Shown: positions 1 through 9,000, numbered from the stretch's first letter. The stretch is DNA of 53,085 nt from an uncultured Candidatus Saccharibacteria bacterium (GCA_964516865.1 CAZEXD010000001.1:1-53085), one strand, 5' to 3'. Translations and numbers: made by a program. The notes: generated by a model from the letters alone, not told the origin.

Positions 1-2
1 AT

Positions 3-764
3 TCGCTTGTGTCTTCAACTCAATTTGATGGAAAAATTATTCCTCCCAAAGGTTATTTTTTAATTGCCAGAACACCAACAAGGGGTTCGGATATTACCTT
101 AGAAGACCTAACCCTCAGCGAAGACAATGTAATTATTCTTAAAAATCCGAATCGGGAAGGAGTTGATAAAGTCGGTTGGGGAGAGGCGCAGGATTTTGAA
201 AGCGCGCCAATAATTTGTCCAGAATATGATAAATGTCCGCCAGATGGAAAAAGTTTAGGTAGAAAATGGGATGAAATAAATAAAACTTATCACGATACTG
301 ATGATAATTTAAATGATTTTGAGGTTCAAACGCCTACTCCTCAAACCTCTTTTCCCAAGTCGTGGATAAAAGATGCCACAACCTACTCACGGCTTGGCAC
401 CAATATTAGCGTTCCTGGCGCGAGTCATTATAAATTAAAAATCCAATGGGGCGGTTATAGTTCTGATATAGATTTTTATCAAGTTCAACGCAAAACAAAC
501 GATGGTGAATGGAAAGATTGGTTAGCGCAGACAACGGAAACAGAAAAAACTTTTTACGCTGCTTATACTTTGTTAATGGATAATGTTTATTATTTTCGGG
601 TTAGGGGACAGGATAAGGAAGGAAATATCGGCGAATGGGCAGAAATAGCAATTGATCTTTCTAATGAGGTGGTTATTAATGAGGTCGCTCTTTTTGGGAC
701 AGATGCCAATGAAAATGACCAATGGATTGAATTATACAACAAAAGCATAGAGATATTAATTTAA
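3..764 (+). CDS. Surface protein, 5'-partial segment (end of one lamin-tail domain, FN3-like module, start of a second LTD); same gene as 746..2731, interrupted by a frameshift
   Basis: Frame open to window edge; KGYFLIARTP...VDKVGWGE (LTD end), YKLKIQWGG...YYFRVRGQDKEGNIGEW (FN3-like), VVINEVALFGTDANENDQWIELYNKS (LTD start), then premature TAA at 762-764. Confidence 0.6.
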   Translation, partial: SLVSSTQFDGKIIPPKGYFLIARTPTRGSDITLEDLTLSEDNVIILKNPNREGVDKVGWGEAQDFESAPIICPEYDKCPPDGKSLGRKWDEINKTYHDTDDNLNDFEVQTPTPQTSFPKSWIKDATTYSRLGTNISVPGASHYKLKIQWGGYSSDIDFYQVQRKTNDGEWKDWLAQTTETEKTFYAAYTLLMDNVYYFRVRGQDKEGNIGEWAEIAIDLSNEVVINEVALFGTDANENDQWIELYNKSIEILI

Positions 765-2731
765 GTGGTTGGAAAATTGAAGCGGGGGATAGCAAAAAAA
801 CCATTGATTTGCCACTTAAAGGCGTAATTCCGGCAAAAGGATATTTGATTTTTGAAAGAAATGACGACGGAGTTATTTCTGACGCGGTCGCTCATCAATT
901 TTTAAATGGCGAGATTGGAAAAAAAGGATATTTGTCTTTAATAAATGAAAAAGGTCGGGGAGTGGATCATTTCTATTTTCCTTATTCTTCCGGCTGGCAG
1001 AAAAAAGATTTTGTTAAAGACGATAATCATTACTCTGTGGAAAGAATTAGCCCCTATGTTTCATCTGATTCTTTGAACTGGAAAATAAATAATGGCGAAA
1101 TAATAAATGGTTTGGATAGAAACGAAAATCCTATTTTTGGCACACCGGGCAAGCAAAACAGCAATTACCAAATTTATACGCCCATAACCACGGACTTTGC
1201 TTATTTAGAAGAGGTGGTTCTTCCGGCCTCCTTAAGTCCCTATCTAATTCAATCTCAACTTTCTAGTGGCGGTACTTATATATTTGAAGATACAACCCTT
1301 ATTATTGAGCCCGGTGCGGTTTTAAAATTTAGCAGTTCCAGTGGACTGCAAGTAAAGGGAACGTTAAAGGCAATTGGAACGCCGGAACAGAAAATTGTTT
1401 TTACCTCTTTAAACGATGACGATTGGTCCGGCGACACCAATAACGATGGCAGTGCCACCTCTCCGTATCCGGGTTCTTGGCTGGGAATTTACTTTACTAA
1501 AACCAGTCGCGGTTCGGAATTGGAAAATGTTATTGTCAAATACAGCGGCAAAATTGATCCGACAGGCAGTTTTGGCGCCGGAATCAAGGTTGAAAAGAGT
1601 TCCATCTCGCTAAAAAATTCAACTATAGAGAAAAACGCTAATTATGGTTTGCGTTTAACTGGTTCTGATTCAACAATTGAAGCTGTGGAAATTTTTGACC
1701 ACACTGAACCCTTAACCACAATTTCTTGGCCCAAAGGAATAAATGTGAACGGTGGTAGTCCGGTTATAAAAAATTCACATTTCCGCAATAATTATCAGGG
1801 GCTCACTATTGGCCGTTGGTATGATCCGGAACAAAAAATCAATGTTCCGGCCTCCGCGGTTATTGAAAGCAACTATTTTGAGGGGAACAAAAACGCGGCT
1901 ATTATTTCCTCCAGTGTTTTAGACGCTGTTTTTCCGAACAATCAGATGACGAATAATAATTTTAATGGCATTGTTTTGATGGGAGATGTCAGCGAGAACA
2001 CGGTTTGGCCATCGTTTGGGTTGCCGTATATTATTAAGGACTCTATTAGAATTAATCCGGGAAAGGTTTTAACGATTGAACCCGGCGTCATAATAAAGTT
2101 TGGTTATCTGAGTGTCGGTTTTGGATTGAGTGTTGACGGTGAAATGAAAGCGCTCGGAACTCCGGAACAAAAAATTGTTTTTACTTCCTTAAATGATGAT
2201 GAATATGGTGGCGACACCAACAATAATGCTAACAACACCTCCCCGGATCCGGGCAATTGGCAAGGCATTTATTTTGGCAAAGAGAGCCAAAACTCGGAAT
2301 TAGAAAATGTAATTGTAAGATATGCCGGCGCAAAGCCCACTCCCTATGAGTTGGGAGCGGGAATAAAGGTTTATCAAGGGTTGATATCTTTAAAAAATTC
2401 AATTATAGAGAAGAATCATACCTATGGATTGCGGTTTGTGAATTCTTTTTCAACGATTGATGCGATTCAGGTTTCCGAAAACAAAACAACTGATGAAAGC
2501 ATTTATGCCGGCATACGCGGGGGAATGGGGATTAAAATTGAGGGAATAAATCCCAGAATTGCTAATTCAGTGATAACGGAAAATTATTATGGAATTTATC
2601 AAAGCAGTTGGCGGAATCCAGATACGGGAGAAAATTTTCCTTATACGCCGATTTTACAAGACGAAAATTATATCAACAACATTTGCAGCGGGAACAATGT
2701 TAATTTTTATCCCCCTGTTGTTGGACCATAA
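746..2731 (+). CDS. Continuation of the LTD surface protein: rest of LTD plus two copies of a right-handed beta-helix-like module
   Basis: The -1 frame from 746 reads HRDINLSGWKIEAGDSKKTIDLPLKGVIPAKGYLIFER (missing LTD strands; track ORF begins at an internal Met, 809). Downstream are parallel beta-helix style repeats (SISLKNSTIEKNANYGLRL / LISLKNSIIEKNHTYGLRF). Confidence 0.6.
   Translation, partial: HRDINLSGWKIEAGDSKKTIDLPLKGVIPAKGYLIFERNDDGVISDAVAHQFLNGEIGKKGYLSLINEKGRGVDHFYFPYSSGWQKKDFVKDDNHYSVERISPYVSSDSLNWKINNGEIINGLDRNENPIFGTPGKQNSNYQIYTPITTDFAYLEEVVLPASLSPYLIQSQLSSGGTYIFEDTTLIIEPGAVLKFSSSSGLQVKGTLKAIGTPEQKIVFTSLNDDDWSGDTNNDGSATSPYPGSWLGIYFTKTSRGSELENVIVKYSGKIDPTGSFGAGIKVEKSSISLKNSTIEKNANYGLRLTGSDSTIEAVEIFDHTEPLTTISWPKGINVNGGSPVIKNSHFRNNYQGLTIGRWYDPEQKINVPASAVIESNYFEGNKNAAIISSSVLDAVFPNNQMTNNNFNGIVLMGDVSENTVWPSFGLPYIIKDSIRINPGKVLTIEPGVIIKFGYLSVGFGLSVDGEMKALGTPEQKIVFTSLNDDEYGGDTNNNANNTSPDPGNWQGIYFGKESQNSELENVIVRYAGAKPTPYELGAGIKVYQGLISLKNSIIEKNHTYGLRFVNSFSTIDAIQVSENKTTDESIYAGIRGGMGIKIEGINPRIANSVITENYYGIYQSSWRNPDTGENFPYTPILQDENYINNICSGNNVNFYPPVVGP
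1301..2470 (+). repeat. Internal duplication: two ~390-nt modules (1301..1690 and 2075..2470) within the beta-helix protein
   Basis: GTPEQKIVFTSLNDDDWSGDTNNDG...SELENVIVKYSG vs GTPEQKIVFTSLNDDEYGGDTNNNA...SELENVIVRYAG; DNA blocks starting ggaacgccggaacag (1376) and ggaactccggaacaa (2156) are 780 nt apart. Confidence 0.85.
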
Positions 2732-2871
2732 AGTTTAAAAGAGAGGACTTTTGTAAAATAAAATTAATATTTTCTTTAGAAAAACGCGAAAATCGTTTTT
2801 GATTTGTTTTAATTTTAAAACAGGTCCAGCTCTTTGTTTTAAAACGATATTTTGTGATAAATTTTGAGAAA

Positions 2872-2900
2872 TTGACAACCATTTATTTTTTTGTTAAAAT
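2872..2900 (+). promoter_or_regulatory. Sigma-70-like promoter (TTGACA - 17 nt - TGT-TAAAAT extended -10)
   Basis: TTGACA at 2872-2877, 17-nt spacer, TAAAAT at 2895-2900 preceded by TGT; 34 nt upstream of ATG 2934. Such hexamers can occur by chance in AT-rich DNA. Confidence 0.4.
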
Positions 2901-2933
2901 CAGATAATTTTAAAGAAAAATTTTTAGGATTTA

Positions 2934-3629
2934 ATGGAGAAAGATAAATTTTTAAAGATAACCAATGCTGTTTACAAACTGATTGAATACTTTCCCGAAA
3001 CCGAGCCCTTGAGAAACAAAATCAAAGAAAAGGCCTTACAAATAATGGAAGGTTTGGTTGTTTTTTCGTTGCCTGATAATCCTCATCCTCATCCCCAAAA
3101 ATTGGAAAGCGGGACCGAGGCGTTAAAAGATATAGAAATATTAAAAAATTATCTCCAGTTGGGAAAATTAAATGGTTGGATAGATAATCTTAATTTACTG
3201 ATTGTTTCCAACGAATATGATAAAATTAAAGAAGAAATTAAGTCAGTGATGACAATAATAAAAAAAGCGGTTAAAGAAGATAAGCAAGAAAAAAACCAAA
3301 AAAACCCTGAAGAATTAGGATTCTCAGATTTAACTAATAAAGAAAAACAAAAAGAAACAGTTATTGGTGGTTTGCTTTCTGAGCGCCAGCAAAAAATTAT
3401 GGAGATTTTAAAAATCAAAGGAAGAATCCAGGTGGCGGATTTAAAAAAGACAATGCCCGAAGTTAGCAAAAGAACCTTTCGTCGTGACTTAGATGCACTC
3501 TTAAAGGCAGGTAAAATAAAAAGAATGGGCAATTGGAATCAGGTATTTTATCAACTTAACAATATTGAAGATAATAATATGATAGGACAAAACAATAGCG
3601 ATAATAATAGGACATTGTTAATATCCTAA
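2934..3629 (+). CDS. DeoR-type HTH domain protein (helical N-terminal region, Lys/Glu-rich linker, C-terminal winged HTH)
   Basis: SERQQKIMEILKIKGRIQVADLKKTMPEVSKRTFRRDLDALLKAGKIKRMG matches the DeoR-family HTH pattern. Confidence 0.55.
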   Translation: MEKDKFLKITNAVYKLIEYFPETEPLRNKIKEKALQIMEGLVVFSLPDNPHPHPQKLESGTEALKDIEILKNYLQLGKLNGWIDNLNLLIVSNEYDKIKEEIKSVMTIIKKAVKEDKQEKNQKNPEELGFSDLTNKEKQKETVIGGLLSERQQKIMEILKIKGRIQVADLKKTMPEVSKRTFRRDLDALLKAGKIKRMGNWNQVFYQLNNIEDNNMIGQNNSDNNRTLLIS

Positions 3630-3727
3630 ATGTCCCAATAATTGTCCTAATAAAATAAAATTTTTTCTCCTTTGTCCTACCCCATTCTCCTATCTTATTA
3701 TCTTATTCTTATTAAGTTTCCAGAGAT

Positions 3728-3756
3728 AGTTTACAGAGATCGGATCTCTGTAAACT
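3728..3756. promoter_or_regulatory. 29-nt perfect palindrome (14-nt arms, 1-nt centre)
   Basis: AGTTTACAGAGATC-G-GATCTCTGTAAACT read directly; no T-run follows, so function (operator or RNA hairpin) is unknown. Confidence 0.5.
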
Positions 3757-3778
3757 CGGGAGGAGGCAAAAGCAAAAA

Positions 3779-3863
3779 GTGGGTTAAAAAGCGAGTTGAA
3801 AAGCGAGGTAAAAAAGTGGGTTAAAAAGCGAGTTAAAAAGTGGGGTAAAAATAAAGTTAAAAA
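3779..3863 (+). repeat. Seven tandem ~12-nt units G(T/C)G(G/A)GTTAAAAA with phased A5 tracts, ending 7 nt before the sigma-factor ATG
   Basis: Units at 3779, 3791, 3803, 3816, 3828, 3840, 3852; the 19-mer gtgggttaaaaagcgagtt is exact at 3779 and 3816; no frame is open across them. Confidence 0.9.
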
Positions 3864-3869
3864 TAAAAA

Positions 3870-4376
3870 ATGGATAATAATTTAGAGAAAATGTTTAGCG
3901 AATTTTATGATCAAAACATAGATAAAATCTATCGTTTTGTGTTCCTTAAAGTTAATTCTCAGGAAATAGCCGAAGACCTAACTTCCAGGGTTTTTATAAA
4001 ATGCTGGGATGTTTTTAGGCAAAATGAGAGCAAAATTGAAAATCCCAGGGCATTTTTATACCAGATAGCCAGAAATATAATTACTGATTATTATAGGGAA
4101 AAGGGTAGGACAAATGTCATTCGCGCTGATTTTATCCCTAATTTGGCTGACCCCAGGACTAATTTTCAGGAAAAAGCCATAGTAAATGCCGACTTAGAAA
4201 GAATAAAATTGGCCATAAAAGACCTGAATGAGGACTATCAAAATGTGATTATCTGGCATTATTTAGATGACCTATCAATTAAAGAAGTGGCCCAACTTTT
4301 AGATAGGTCAGAAGAAGCAACCCGTGTCCTACTTCACCGGGCATTAGGCGCTTTAAGAGAAAGACTGACAAGTTAA
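3870..4376 (+). CDS. ECF-type RNA polymerase sigma-70 family factor
   Basis: Region 2 (IYRFVFLKVNSQEIAEDLTSRVFIKCW, YREKGR) and region 4 HTH (YQNVIIWHYLDDLSIKEVAQLLDRSEEATRVLLHRALGALRERL); 168 aa. Confidence 0.9.
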   Translation: MDNNLEKMFSEFYDQNIDKIYRFVFLKVNSQEIAEDLTSRVFIKCWDVFRQNESKIENPRAFLYQIARNIITDYYREKGRTNVIRADFIPNLADPRTNFQEKAIVNADLERIKLAIKDLNEDYQNVIIWHYLDDLSIKEVAQLLDRSEEATRVLLHRALGALRERLTS

Positions 4377-4429
4377 AATTGTTTTGGGTGCTGGGCGTTA
4401 GACATTATAGAAATAAATATAAATTAGCA

Positions 4430-4987
4430 ATGAAAATACGCTTATTTTTCAAAATTTTAATCATTTTAATAATAGCAGGGATAGGGCTATTTTTTGTCTA
4501 TAATAATGGATTTTTCAGGAAAGACGTTGAGATTCCTGTTGATTTTAGTCAAAATATCCAAAAACCAGTAATTAAACAAGATGAGGCGGCCAAAGGCGAC
4601 CCGAAACTTAAAAAACAAGTAAAGGTTGACCTATCTCGTCAAAAAGTTTTTTTATACAAAAACGGCGAATTAGTAAGAGAATTTACTATTTCCAGCGGGA
4701 AACCAGAAACGCCAACTCCTACGGGCAAATTTAGGGTTATTCACAAGCAGGATATGGTTTATTCTAAACCAACCGGATGTTGGTTAAGTTTTTGGGTTGG
4801 ATTCACTATGGATGGTAAGTATGGATTTCATGAAACTCCTATTTGTGAAGGAGAAAGGGTGGGTGAGGATAAGATAGGGATACCTGATTCTGCTGGTTGT
4901 ATTCGTCTAAAATTAGGGGAAGCCGAAGAGTTTTACAATTGGGCAGAAATAGAGATGCCGATAGAGATATACGGTCAAACCCGCTAA
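4430..4987 (+). CDS. L,D-transpeptidase (YkuD domain) with N-terminal membrane anchor
   Basis: VDLSRQKVFLYKNGELVREFTISSGKPETPTPTGKF...GFHETP...SAGCIRL (His...Cys catalytic motif). ATG at 4430 precedes the hydrophobic anchor; the track's TTG 4379 start is less likely. Confidence 0.85.
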   Translation: MKIRLFFKILIILIIAGIGLFFVYNNGFFRKDVEIPVDFSQNIQKPVIKQDEAAKGDPKLKKQVKVDLSRQKVFLYKNGELVREFTISSGKPETPTPTGKFRVIHKQDMVYSKPTGCWLSFWVGFTMDGKYGFHETPICEGERVGEDKIGIPDSAGCIRLKLGEAEEFYNWAEIEMPIEIYGQTR

Positions 4988-5057
4988 AAATAAACGAGGT
5001 CGGGTCTTGTTATTTTTGGTGTAATAAAGTGGCGGGTTTTTCGTCATAATAAGTAGA

Positions 5058-5798
5058 ATGCAAGAAAAAGAACTCATTCAAAAACTGCAGGAATTAAGAC
5101 AAATCAAACCCAGAAAGGACTGGGTGTTTTCGCTTAAAAAAGAGATAATTGGTTCCTCTTTCGCTGGAGTTTCGGCGGAGAAGGAACAACCGAAATTTGG
5201 TAGTCAAATCCTCTCTGTTTTTAATGTTATATCTAAGGCAGTTTCTCATCGTAAATTAGCCTATGCTACAGTAACCGCCTTTGTGTTCTTGGTGGCAATG
5301 GTTGGCGGATTATTTTTAATCAATCCAAGTTCCAATAATAATAAGTTTGAAACGGAATTACTGACAGCGGCTTTACAATCAAAACAGAGTTTAGAAATTG
5401 CCAATCAGAAGTTGGAAAAACTTGCCGAGATCGTCCAAAATCACGAAATAATAGACGAAAAAACCATTCAAGATGTAAAGCAAACTATTGTTGAAGCGAG
5501 TAAAACCATTACCAAAGAAATTGTTGAAAATCCAAAAGCGCTGAAAGAAATCGTTGGTTCGGTGAAACAGATAGATTCAACTAAAAAGAATTTAGAAACA
5601 TTGGGCATAATTGTGGATCCTGATTATCAATTAAACAATGTGTTGCAGCCATTGGTCCTGAACGAAATTGAAAGCTTGGAAAAAGCAAGTTTGGATGAAA
5701 GCCAGCAAATTACCCTGAAAGAAATAAAAGGACTTTATGATGAGGGGCAGTATGCGGACGCCTTGGAGAAGATTTTGTTAATCACAAGTTCAAAATAA
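5058..5798 (+). CDS. Single-pass membrane protein with helical C-terminal domain; possible anti-sigma partner
   Basis: One hydrophobic helix (LAYATVTAFVFLVAMVGGLFLI) about 75 aa from the N-terminus, coiled-coil-like tail, position in the sigma operon; no recognisable zinc anti-sigma motif. Confidence 0.4.
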   Translation: MQEKELIQKLQELRQIKPRKDWVFSLKKEIIGSSFAGVSAEKEQPKFGSQILSVFNVISKAVSHRKLAYATVTAFVFLVAMVGGLFLINPSSNNNKFETELLTAALQSKQSLEIANQKLEKLAEIVQNHEIIDEKTIQDVKQTIVEASKTITKEIVENPKALKEIVGSVKQIDSTKKNLETLGIIVDPDYQLNNVLQPLVLNEIESLEKASLDESQQITLKEIKGLYDEGQYADALEKILLITSSK

Positions 5799-5816
5799 GA
5801 AAATTAAGAGTGGTGG

Positions 5817-5846
5817 ACAGAGAATAAAATAAATCTCTGTTTATTT
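5817..5846 (+). terminator. Weak intrinsic terminator candidate
   Basis: ACAGAGA / TCTCTGT 7-bp stem with A-rich loop, followed by TTATTT. Confidence 0.35.
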
Positions 5847-6027
5847 AAATAAAAATTGGATGAGTCGCAAGGTTTCGTGGTTATTAGCTAAAGCCGCGAA
5901 ATTCGCTCCCGGGTTAGTCGATAAATCCGGAGCAAAATAAATGGTCGACGCGACGAGAAATTCGTTAAAAAAAGTCGATTTATTATTAATCAATTTAATT
6001 AAATTAAAATTCTAAAAAAATTCTAAA

Positions 6028-9000
6028 ATGAGTATACGAACAAAAATCATTACCGCAACAGCCGCTTCAATTTTGGGGGCTTTATTGCTCTCGGGAGTGG
6101 CAGTTGCTTACACTGGCATTCCTCAGGGCTTTACTTTCACGCGAAACCTGCCTGTTGGCACAGTTCATCAGGATGTGGTTTATCTGAAAGAAATTTTGAA
6201 AGCCGAGGGTTGCGGGGTCGGAATAACTAATACAACTTATTACGGTCCCAAGACCAAAGCGAATGTTCAGTGTTTCCAGAATAAATATAAATCACAGATA
6301 TCTGCTTACGCAGGTTATCAGATTGGGGCTACTGGTTTTGTTGGTACAGGTACCAGAGCAATGTTAAACGCTTTGCTTGCCGGCACAACCCCAACAACCC
6401 CAACAACCCCCAGCGCAGGTTTAACAGTGGCATTAGCCGCTGACAACCCGGCTTCGGGAACAATCGTTGATGGTCAAGCGCTATATCCGTTGGCAAAAAT
6501 AACCTTTACCAATGGCGATAGTTCTGAAGTAAAGGTTACCGGCCTGAAATTAAAGAGAATCGGTGTTTCAGCCGATGCTTCTTTAAATAACACCTATTTG
6601 TTTGACGGAGCCACAAGATTAACCGATGGGGCTGCTGTTTCGTCAACTGTTATTACTTTCAACGATACAGCAGGACTTTTCACGGTTCCAGCAGGTGGTT
6701 CAAAAACAATCACGGTGTCAGCTGACGTTAATGGAACAAGCGGAGAAACATTTGGGATTCAAGTTGTCGCTTCAACTGACGTGACAACAAACGCCAGTTC
6801 AGTTAAGGGCAATTTCCCGATAACCGGTAATCTGCACACATTAGCAAGCGGCACATTGGCTGGAGTTAACTTTAATGCAACAACAACCCCGTCAGCAGCT
6901 AACGTTGACCCTCAAGACGATTACACTGTTTGGCAAAACAGCGTAGTTGTTACAACAAGAGCGGTTAATATGACCCGCATTTCCTTCCGAAAGACCGGCA
7001 GCGTGGCAAACACTGATTTGCAAAACTTCCGGCTTTATGTTGATGGAGTGCAGGTTGGTTCTACAATTGCCAATTTAGACGCTAAGGGCTATGTAACTTT
7101 TGACCTGACTTCTGCTCCGCAGAGATTGGAGGCAGGCACAAGAGTTATCAAGTTGTTAGCCAATATTGTCGGCGGTTCTTCTTTGAACTTTACATTCCAT
7201 TTGTGGAATGTTGCCGATGTTACAGTTGTTGACACCCAGTATGGAGCCAATGTATTGCCGCAATCAGAGAGCACAACATTTTCAAAGAGGTCATCTGGGG
7301 AACAATCAGTTAACTCTGGCGTAATCACCTTTACCAAGATGGCTGATTCTCCAACTGGAAATATTGTTAACAGTGCTTCAAATGCGCTATTGGCAAAATT
7401 CCAAGTTAAAGCAGCCGGAGAAAAAATAAAGGTTGAAAGCCTTAAAGTTTCACTGGTTTGCAGCGACTCTGATGTGAGTTATTTGAGAAACGGAATGCTG
7501 TTGGCTAACGGAGTCCAGATTGGAAGCACTTCAAACTTAAAATGCACCAACCAATCAACTCCTTACACCAGCTTCAGTTTAGGTTCATCATTGATAGTTG
7601 AACCGGGAAATCCGGTAACATTGGAGGTAAAAGCTGATATTTACGATAACGATGGCACTAATGATATAGATGCTGGTGACACCCTTAAAGCCAGGATTGA
7701 AGGTTCTTCTTCAGAGAACAACGCTATTGGTCAGGTATCCGCAGCCACAATTGACGCGCCGTCATCTGATGTTGACGGCAACACTTTGACCGTGGCAACA
7801 GGCGGTTTGACCTTGTCCAAATACACTGCTTACACCAACCAATCAATGGTTCCGCCATTGACTGCTGCTAAAATTGCTCACTTTACCTTGACTGCCAACA
7901 CAACAGAGGCGGTTAATATCAACACCATTCAGATTAACTTGAATAATGTTATAAGCAGTTACGCAAGCAACCTTTATGTGAAGTTTGGCGACCAGACCAC
8001 AACTGTCAAGCCAAGCATTTCAGCTTACCAGAACAGTTGGTCTGTCAACTATACTTTGGCAGCCGGTCAGACAAAAGACCTGATTGTTTACGCAGATATT
8101 AACTCTTCTGCTTCAGGCACCGGAACAGTTGGCGCCTATATCACAGGCACAACAGCCAGTTCAGCTACTTCTGTTACAGCCGGCGGTTCAACAACCACAG
8201 ACAGCGGTCAGTCAATTGCCTTTACTACAGGCACATTTACTCCCGCAGTTGATGGTTCAACGCCATTGGCGGCAATCGTTGCCGGCGGACAGCAAGTTGT
8301 GGCGGGTAGATTCAAATTTACCACCCTGTACGAAAACTACACTCTAAAAGAAGTAAGGTTCACTCTTGGCGCCGCTGCTCGTTCAGCTGCAATTAATAAC
8401 CTTATTCTGAAAGACGGCGACACAGTCTTAGCTACGGTTCCTTATGACAACACGAATGAATACTTTAATATTACCGGATTAAATGTTTCTATTCCGGCTA
8501 ATACCACCAAAGTATTGTCCGTGGTTTATGATTTGTCTTCAAGCATATCTTCATCAACCAGCACTTCGCAGGTTGATGTTCAGCCAACCTTAGCTTATGT
8601 GAAATACGCAGACAGCCAGGGTGTTGAAACAACTAGCAGTACCACCTACTCAACCAACAAAGAGGTCTATGTGTTCAAGTCAATTCCGACTGTAAGCAAA
8701 GTTGCGGTGACAACTTCAACTTTGTCAAATCAGACAGTTGATTTGTACAGCTGGAAAATTGCTGCAGACGCCAAAGGCCCTATTGCCGTAAAACAGGTTA
8801 AATTAGACCTTACCTGGAGAGATACCTCAGGTGACAGCACGCTTTACTTGTACGCCTTCAAGCTTTATAAGGATGGTAACGATATTTCCAGCCTAGTGAC
8901 AATCACAGACGAAGACGGACACAACCTTGAAACAACAACAGCTGCTTCAGGAGCCAATGAAGACTCTTCTAAGGTTATTATCTACTGGGCAACAGAAGAC

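Noticed and set aside
1276-1458. Antisense or alternate-frame ORFs nested in long genes (e.g. 1276..1458-, 1416..1613+, 3149..3532-, 7089..7337-, 8084..8347+, 10994..11194-, 11028..11213+, 11402..11635+, 13249..13467-, 14327..14530-, 15787..15984-, 16098..16454-, 16549..16782-, 17526..17708+, 17698..18150-, 18190..18399-, 21229..21453-, 21290..21565+, 21860..22141-, 21939..22151+, 23038..23265-, 24084..24299-, 25781..25996-, 25993..26367-, 26866..27051-, 27585..27860-, 29317..29547-, 30570..30755-, 34438..34626-, 34972..35199-, 36188..36466-, 42370..42573-, 42560..42994-, 44449..44685-, 44852..45256-, 46661..46969-, 47694..47915+, 51350..51544-)
   Set aside because: Each lies wholly inside a longer ORF with clear family motifs. 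Their translations are low-complexity with no recognisable motif. They are the shadow ORFs expected in biased-composition DNA.
2700-2882. 60-aa minus-strand ORF in the intergenic region after the beta-helix gene
   Set aside because: It is AT-rich, Lys/Phe-rich, overlaps the candidate promoter of 2934..3629, and has no motif.
3779-3863. 12-nt tandem repeats considered as a CRISPR array
   Set aside because: Units are contiguous with no spacers, only 12 nt long and A-tract based. No cas genes are nearby.
4379-4429. Upstream start extensions proposed by the track (4379 for the L,D-transpeptidase; also 23937 for cysC, 25979 for the GT4, 39688 for the GT4, 48460 for murB, 50654 for the transposase)
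   Set aside because: The family-typical N-termini begin at internal ATGs (4430, 24015, 26012, 39739, 48508, 50741). The extensions overlap upstream genes or encode implausible leaders. 50654 remains a possible alternative.
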